This document shows positions 58,213-64,000 of a stretch of DNA of 64,000 nucleotides, piece by piece. A program made the position numbers and the translations under genes. Within the stretch, counting starts at the first letter, position 1. The number at the start of each line of letters is the position of its first letter. Source of the DNA: a virus (Duplodnaviria; Caudoviricetes); the IMG/VR virus record IMGVR_UViG_3300044556_000086, positions 29,434-93,433 of that record; one strand, 5' to 3'. Under the pieces are notes generated by a model. That model saw only the letters and a program-made list of their open reading frames with translations. It did no database searches and was not told the DNA's origin.

Positions 58213-59796
58213 ATGCCAAATAAAGGTGAAAAGTTCTATAATAATGGTAAAGTGAATATCGTAGTAAAAGATGGTGACCCTATACCCAAAGGTTTTGTCC
58301 GTGGTCTGAAGAAGAGGGATAAGAAGCTAATAGCCGAAACAAATAAAAAGAGGAAACGAACATGCTTAGAAAAGTATGGTGTAGACGTTCCTTCCAAGTC
58401 TAAAGAAGTTCAGGAAAGAATGAAACAGACTAACTTAGAAAGATATGGTGTTGAATCTCCATCTCAGTTTGAGGGGGTTCAGGAAAAGAGTAGACAGACA
58501 AGCCTGAAGAAGTACGGTGTTGAATATCCATTCCAATCAGAAGAGGTTAAAGAAAAGATAAAGAAAACCAATTTAGAGAAGTATGGTGTAGAGTGTTATC
58601 TTAAGTCGGAGGGGGTAAAAGAAAAAGCTAGGAAGGCTATTCTAGAGAAGTATGGTTCTAATTCCTCATTTGGTTCTAAAGAAGTTCAGGAAAAGATAAA
58701 AAATATTAATCTTGAAAGATATGGGTATAGTCGTGCTTCAAGTTCTACTGTTATTAAAGATAAGACTAAGAAAACATGCTTAGAAAGATATGGAGTAGAA
58801 AACCCTATGCAGAACGAACAGATTAGGGAAAAGAGTAAACAGACAAATCTAAAGAAATTTGGGGTAGAGAACCCATTCCAATCAGAAGAGGTTAAAGAAA
58901 AGATAAGGAAAACTAGTTTAGATAGATACGGGGTAGATAATGTATCTCAGTCTAAAGAAATAAAAGATAAGATAAAGAATACCAATTTAGAGAGGTATGG
59001 GGTAGGGACTCCATTCCAATCAGAAGAAGTTAAAGATAAGATAAAGAATACCAATTTAGAGAGGTATGGAGTAGAAAACCCTATGCAGAACGAACAGATT
59101 AGGGAAAAGAATAGACAGACATGCCTAGATAGGTATGGTGTTGAATACTCACTTCAATCTAGTGAAGTTAGGAAGAAGATAGGGAAAACTAATATAGAAA
59201 GATACGGTGTTGAAACCCCATTACAGTCTGGGGAAGTCCATGAAAAGATAAAAAATACTGTATTATCTAAGTATCATACTCTTTATGCTTGTAATACACC
59301 TATGTGTACATCTTCTAAGAAAAACCCTAATCATTCATATTCTAATAATTCCTTCAAGGGCTTATTAAATAGCATGAAGATTAACTATGTAGAAGAATTT
59401 CCTATAGATGACGTTAAAAGTGGTACTTCTTATCGGTATGACTTCAAGGTGGGTAATTATCTAATAGAGATTGATTCTACAGCTTATCATAACTCGTATA
59501 AGCACCCATTCAATAACCCGAAGGATAAGTTCTATCATCAGAAGAAATCTAAGTTTGCTTATAGTCATGGGTTCGTATGCATTCATATCTTTGACTGGGA
59601 TGACACTAAGGAAGTGTTATCTTCTATACTTAGTGGTTCATTAGAAATTAGTGGATTTGTAGAACCTAGGTTATTCTTTTACAGCAGTAAAGATGAGAAA
59701 GTAATAAAATATTCTGATGGTTTAGATGTATCTAATTTATTAAGTAGTGGTTATTTACCTATCTATGATGATGGAGTTGTTCTAAAGAATAAGTGA
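58213..59796 (+). CDS. free-standing endonuclease with 23-aa T.LE(K/R)YGV tandem repeats and a C-terminal PD-(D/E)xK/Vsr-like domain
   Basis: AAGGAGG RBS; 13 full repeats; YDF...LIEID...YH...K...G...IHIFDW. Confidence 0.8.
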   Translation: MPNKGEKFYNNGKVNIVVKDGDPIPKGFVRGLKKRDKKLIAETNKKRKRTCLEKYGVDVPSKSKEVQERMKQTNLERYGVESPSQFEGVQEKSRQTSLKKYGVEYPFQSEEVKEKIKKTNLEKYGVECYLKSEGVKEKARKAILEKYGSNSSFGSKEVQEKIKNINLERYGYSRASSSTVIKDKTKKTCLERYGVENPMQNEQIREKSKQTNLKKFGVENPFQSEEVKEKIRKTSLDRYGVDNVSQSKEIKDKIKNTNLERYGVGTPFQSEEVKDKIKNTNLERYGVENPMQNEQIREKNRQTCLDRYGVEYSLQSSEVRKKIGKTNIERYGVETPLQSGEVHEKIKNTVLSKYHTLYACNTPMCTSSKKNPNHSYSNNSFKGLLNSMKINYVEEFPIDDVKSGTSYRYDFKVGNYLIEIDSTAYHNSYKHPFNNPKDKFYHQKKSKFAYSHGFVCIHIFDWDDTKEVLSSILSGSLEISGFVEPRLFFYSSKDEKVIKYSDGLDVSNLLSSGYLPIYDDGVVLKNK

Positions 59797-59799
59797 GGA

Positions 59800-60354
59800 G
59801 TGGTTTTTGTGGATAAGTTTATTTTTGAAGATATTAAGGATATACATCCGTTCCTTGAGGAAGCTTATGTATTTAATGCATTGAAAAAAGACATAGAAAA
59901 AGAGGTATTCACATTAGTTTCTTTTGAAGATGAAAGGCTAGGTTCTTCTAAAGAAAAACTGGATATTGCTATTCAGGGTAATAATGGGGAGTATACTTTA
60001 TGTAAGTCTGATGTTCTGACAAATACAGATTATAATGAAATACCTTTAAGTTTTTTCATTACAGGGAAACCTTATAAGAGTGTATTAGTCATTAGTCGAA
60101 TGATGTCTAATATGTTACTAGATAAGGTAAATCATTCTTCTCATAGTGTAGTGTATGTACCTGTACATAGTGACTTCAAGGATATTGATAAGTATAAAGG
60201 AATACAGGGTAAGTTTGCTAAGTGGGGTATTTATCTAAATATGCCTAAAGAAGAAGTTGAAAAAAGTATTAATCTAAAGTATAATAGTAATAAGGAATTA
60301 GCCGAAGAGTTAATTTCTGATGTACGAAAGGTGGCAGGTGACGTTAATGACTGA
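59800..60354 (+). CDS. hypothetical protein
   Basis: 184-aa ORF; GAGGAG RBS. Confidence 0.65.
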   Translation: MVFVDKFIFEDIKDIHPFLEEAYVFNALKKDIEKEVFTLVSFEDERLGSSKEKLDIAIQGNNGEYTLCKSDVLTNTDYNEIPLSFFITGKPYKSVLVISRMMSNMLLDKVNHSSHSVVYVPVHSDFKDIDKYKGIQGKFAKWGIYLNMPKEEVEKSINLKYNSNKELAEELISDVRKVAGDVND

Positions 60355-60685
60355 AAATACGTTAACAGATAGTGTAGTTTTAGATAAATGTCTTGTATGT
60401 ATCGGTAAAAATGTACGGTACACTAGACGGGTTTTATTAAAAGATACTCTTGCTAAGTTTTCTGAAAGGACAGGTATTAGTAGAGATGTTATTTGTAGAC
60501 TAGAAGATTTAGCTCATGGTGAGGACTCTAGGTCTAAGTCTAGTCCTTCTATTTCTACACTAGTTAAATTCTGTAGTTCTATGGGGGTAACTATGTCTGA
60601 GTTATCTGAACAGGACATGCAGGGGTCAGAAGAAATTAAGAATAGGATACGAAATAAGTTCAATCTGACAATTCCTGAAAAGTAA
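60347..60685 (+). CDS. XRE-family helix-turn-helix protein
   Basis: IGKNVRY.R...T...FSERTGISR..I.RLE...PSISTLVK. Confidence 0.8.
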   Translation: MTENTLTDSVVLDKCLVCIGKNVRYTRRVLLKDTLAKFSERTGISRDVICRLEDLAHGEDSRSKSSPSISTLVKFCSSMGVTMSELSEQDMQGSEEIKNRIRNKFNLTIPEK

Positions 60686-60697
60686 GGGGAGTGTATT

Positions 60698-62050
60698 ATG
60701 GTAATATCCGTAGGTAAGAAGATGAGTGAGTTAGTCAAAATGGTAGACTCCTTAGGGATAGAGATACCCAAAAGGGAAGATGGTAAGAGATTAAAGAAGG
60801 AAGACTACATACTACCTATTAGGGAATATAACCTTATTCAAAGGTACGGTAATATAAATAATATTCCTAAACATCTGTCTATGGTTATGAAGCTTAAATC
60901 TCCTATGCTGGCTGGTCGAATAGATAACTTCAAACCAGAACAGCAGAAGGAAGTATGGGATTCTGAAGAGTGGGACATGGAAGAAAAGCTGAATGGGGTA
61001 CGGTGTTTCATAGTATATGATGGGGACACTATTCAGTTATACTCACGTCATAATTCTGAGATAGATTTACTACCTATTACATTTACGGATAATGTATTGT
61101 TTCCTACAGTATTTGATGCTGATAAGGTATCTAAGGAGTTTATCTTAGATTGTGAGATGACCTCTGATAGTCCGAATATCTGTACTGTAATGGATTCTTA
61201 TGGGGTAGAAACTGAGTCTCAGTTACAGGCTGTAACTGCTATTCTAGGGTCTTTGCCTGAAAGGGCTAGGGAGATACAGAGAAAGAATAATATTTACCTT
61301 ACCTTTAACTGTTTTGATTGTATTTACTATGATAAGCAGTGGTTATTGAATGAGCCTCTTGTAAAACGTAGGGAAGTAGCTGAAGAGTTAATACATTTCT
61401 TGAAATCTATAGGGTTTAATATTTGTGGTGTTGCCCATACCAATAAAAACAAGAGGGAGTTCTTTAAGAGTATCATACGCAGGGACTTTGAAGGAACCGT
61501 AGCTAAACGGTTAGATGGTATCTATATTCCGGATACAACCCGTAATTTTAAAGGGTGGGTAAAGTGTAAGAAGTCTGCTATGTCCTATGTAAATGCTGTA
61601 AAAGCAGAAGATTATGGGATAGACCTTGACGAGATGTTCACAGGTGATATCCGAGTAGATGGTCTGGAAGATATACGGTTCGGTGATACTATTGACGCCT
61701 ACATATCTGGGTATGAACCTGGTAGTGTAGGAACTTCTTTTGAGGGGTTAGTAGGGTCTGTAGCTGTATCTGTGTATATCGAAAAGAAAGATGGAACTCT
61801 CGAACCTAGGGAGATAGGTAAATTCTCAGGTATCCTTCTTTCATTAAGACGGGAGATGACTGATATTATAGATGGTGAACCTGTACTAAGACCTGAATTT
61901 TATAATAGGGTATGTGAAGTAGATGGTATGGGTTTGTCTGCTAGAAATATGAGGTTAAATCACTGTCAATTTTTAGGATTCAGACAAGATAAATCTCCTA
62001 GTGATTGTGTAATTAAAGAAGAAGATTTCTTGCATATGGTGAACTATTAA
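60698..62050 (+). CDS. ATP-dependent DNA ligase
   Basis: EEKLNGVR, LDCE, FDCI, EGTVAK, WVKCK and R.DK motifs. Confidence 0.9.
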   Translation: MVISVGKKMSELVKMVDSLGIEIPKREDGKRLKKEDYILPIREYNLIQRYGNINNIPKHLSMVMKLKSPMLAGRIDNFKPEQQKEVWDSEEWDMEEKLNGVRCFIVYDGDTIQLYSRHNSEIDLLPITFTDNVLFPTVFDADKVSKEFILDCEMTSDSPNICTVMDSYGVETESQLQAVTAILGSLPERAREIQRKNNIYLTFNCFDCIYYDKQWLLNEPLVKRREVAEELIHFLKSIGFNICGVAHTNKNKREFFKSIIRRDFEGTVAKRLDGIYIPDTTRNFKGWVKCKKSAMSYVNAVKAEDYGIDLDEMFTGDIRVDGLEDIRFGDTIDAYISGYEPGSVGTSFEGLVGSVAVSVYIEKKDGTLEPREIGKFSGILLSLRREMTDIIDGEPVLRPEFYNRVCEVDGMGLSARNMRLNHCQFLGFRQDKSPSDCVIKEEDFLHMVNY

Positions 62051-62118
62051 GATTAGGTGGTATACACCTTTTCTTTTTACATCTATATGTACTTAAATTC
62101 AAGGAGGTGTGGTACTAT

Positions 62119-62683
62119 GAAGGAAGGAAATCTTGAGAAAGAAGTTAGCGACATTCTAAAAGAAGAAAATAGGTGTCCTATTCTTTTCATAGGTAGATAC
62201 GTAAATGCTTTTAAAAGAGTGTATAAGGGTAATATCACAAGGATTTACACTCTAGATAGTGTACGGACTGTATTACAGGAGTATGATGGAATAGATGAAA
62301 TACGTAACCCTTTCTTAGTTCTGGAGGGGGTAGGAAGTTTGTCTGGTATCGGTCAGAACTCCTTGTTAAAGTTCATAGAAGAGTCTAAGCTAAATCTTAT
62401 TCTTTTATCTTATAATGATAAAGTACTAAGTACTATACTTAGTCGAATGAGGACTATCATGAAATCATGGTATCCAGTAAAAGAGTTGAAATTCTTGGGT
62501 ATGGCTACTGCTAATTCTATGTTAAAAGAGAAGAAACAGAATGGAATGAAGGAGTATGAGGAAATACAGTTTCTAGCTGATAACTGTCCTTCTTTATATT
62601 CTTTGAAAGAGCAGTCTGGAAATTCATATGACTATATGAACAGACGGTTGTTGGATGTCATTACTACAAAGGGTGGTTCATAA
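62119..62683 (+). CDS. DNA pol III delta'/clamp-loader-like subunit (short, no Walker A)
   Basis: QNSLLKFIEE...LILL....VLSTILSR sensor/SRC-like region. Confidence 0.65.
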
Positions 62684-63402
62684 TGAATGAAGACTTATCT
62701 ATGGTGGGAAAGATAGTAAAGGTTGTAGATGGTTCAGTAAACACTCTAGGGTTGGTTCAGTTCATGTATCCGGACTATATTCCTGTAGAAGAACTACGGT
62801 TTAACTATGAGGATAATGTACTATACCTTGGGAAATATTCCAGTGACCTGAAGGAAAGACTAGCTCATGGTACGAAAAGTTTCATTGCTGTAAGTAATGT
62901 GGGGTTACAGGATATAGATTTTACTTCTAGGGATACGCAACTAAAGGTACTATTCAGTAAATGGAATAGAAGGATACCTAAAACCGTTCAAAATGCTGTA
63001 GAATCTATGACAGATGAAGAGTTCTATGACTTCTTTAAAAGATACTGGGTCATAGGAAAAAGTAAGTTTGATTCTTCTGACGTCACTTTATGGGATTTGT
63101 ATAAGGTTCTCGGTAAGAATCGAAGTGATATTTTTAAGGTGTACTACTCTTTAATGGAAAACTTTTCAGATGCGTATATCATGAGTGGGGTTCTAAGTTT
63201 CATTGAAAAGTCAATGAATGTGGGTATGGTGTCTTCATCTAGTGGCAAGTACCTCATGTTATTAAATGATTTCAATAAATCTTTTGGTGGGTCTATTAGA
63301 AAGATACTGTATAAAGTGTATAAGATGAAAGTGAAGTCTGATGAAGACAGGGAAAAGAGATTAAAGTATTTACTATACTCTATCGGAAAGGGAGCTATAT
63401 AA
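62683..63402 (+). CDS. hypothetical protein, possibly a second clamp-loader-like subunit
   Basis: Coupled to the delta'-like gene; no clear motif. Confidence 0.5.
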   Translation: MNEDLSMVGKIVKVVDGSVNTLGLVQFMYPDYIPVEELRFNYEDNVLYLGKYSSDLKERLAHGTKSFIAVSNVGLQDIDFTSRDTQLKVLFSKWNRRIPKTVQNAVESMTDEEFYDFFKRYWVIGKSKFDSSDVTLWDLYKVLGKNRSDIFKVYYSLMENFSDAYIMSGVLSFIEKSMNVGMVSSSSGKYLMLLNDFNKSFGGSIRKILYKVYKMKVKSDEDREKRLKYLLYSIGKGAI

Positions 63403-63403
63403 T

Positions 63404-63844
63404 ATGAGTTCTTCTCTTGAAAATTCCATATTATCTATGGATACAGAAACAACTAAAATTATGAAGGATATTCGGGTACGGATTGATGAAATGTACTCTA
63501 AGTTCACGGATGATAACAGAAAAATTCCTGAGTTACCTAAGTTTGATGATATAAAAGGAAGGTTTAACATCAACTATTCTATTTCTAAGGAATTAACAGA
63601 CTTAATAGATTACCTATTAAATATCAAGTTACGGGTTAAAGTGGCCTTGAGTGGGATAGAAGACATGATACATATTCAGATTACTTCTAAAACAGACTAT
63701 GTACTCATAAATAACTTCAAAAATAACCTAAAGAGATACAAAGATGAGTTGACTGGTTACTTATTCGATATTTCTGATTTGGTAAAAAATGCAAATAATA
63801 AGTTAAAGGTTTTACAGGCCTATAACTGGGTAGTCGTAGACTGA
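63404..63844 (+). CDS. hypothetical helical protein
   Basis: 146-aa ORF in the operon. Confidence 0.65.
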   Translation: MSSSLENSILSMDTETTKIMKDIRVRIDEMYSKFTDDNRKIPELPKFDDIKGRFNINYSISKELTDLIDYLLNIKLRVKVALSGIEDMIHIQITSKTDYVLINNFKNNLKRYKDELTGYLFDISDLVKNANNKLKVLQAYNWVVVD

Positions 63845-63861
63845 TTAGCTAAGGAGATATT

Positions 63862-64000
63862 ATGAATGGTAATTTAGAGTTCAGTTACATAGAGCATGTA
63901 AAAGATACCTTAGGGAAGACTCTTGGGGTAGATTCTTGTACCTTAGCAACTATATCTAAGTATTTTTTACGGGATGTTGTAGACTATATACGGTCTAATG
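63862..64000 (+). CDS. partial ORF running off the window
   Basis: AAGGAG RBS + ATG, open to the window end. Confidence 0.55.
   Translation, partial: MNGNLEFSYIEHVKDTLGKTLGVDSCTLATISKYFLRDVVDYIRSN

Noticed and set aside
58360-59270. 69-bp periodic repeats as a possible CRISPR array
   Set aside because: They are in-frame coding repeats with synonymous variation, have no repeat/spacer alternation, and no cas genes are present.
1-64000. Stop-codon reassignment (TAG/TGA recoding)
   Set aside because: Long conserved genes are intact in code 11, and TAG/TGA stops are followed by RBSs of the next genes.

Overview
This window is part of a large, AT-rich, contractile-tailed (myovirus-like) phage genome, probably infecting a Bacillota host (Negativicutes is an inference from the tail-fibre cassette style). 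Essentially all real genes are on the + strand. 1-9.4 kb holds small accessory genes: a Cys/His mini-protein family, an HNH nuclease, a solo DUF262, a DUF2829/Tad2-like fusion and a Pnkp-Rnl RNA-repair enzyme. 9.5-32.7 kb is the baseplate/tail module: gp26/gp51-like chaperones, tape measure with lysozyme, hub, gp5, gp25, gp6, gp7, gp8 and DUF4815. 32.7-46.9 kb is a mosaic tail-fibre region. 46.9-53.4 kb is a radical-SAM cluster. 53.5-64 kb holds replication genes: CHC2 Zn finger, HIRAN, family A polymerase, repeat-bearing endonuclease, ligase and a clamp-loader-like gene. The best candidate for an undescribed system is the operon that ends the tail-fibre module. It encodes four radical-SAM enzymes, two Cys/Gln-repeat precursor-like proteins with a shared QDA(L/I)xxLE leader, an unknown protein and a U32-like Fe-S protein, and a second U32-like gene lies within the tail genes. 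No exporter, RRE or protease is evident, which suggests post-translational modification of virion or fibre-tip proteins. Other notable items are a DGR VR/TR pair with no RT in the window, poly-G/C frameshift tracts in tail-fibre cassettes, three IS200/IS605-derived elements (one a 195-bp left end + omegaRNA + right end element that splits a gene), and a palindromic operator over three promoters. All family calls come from motif recognition by eye; no searches were run.
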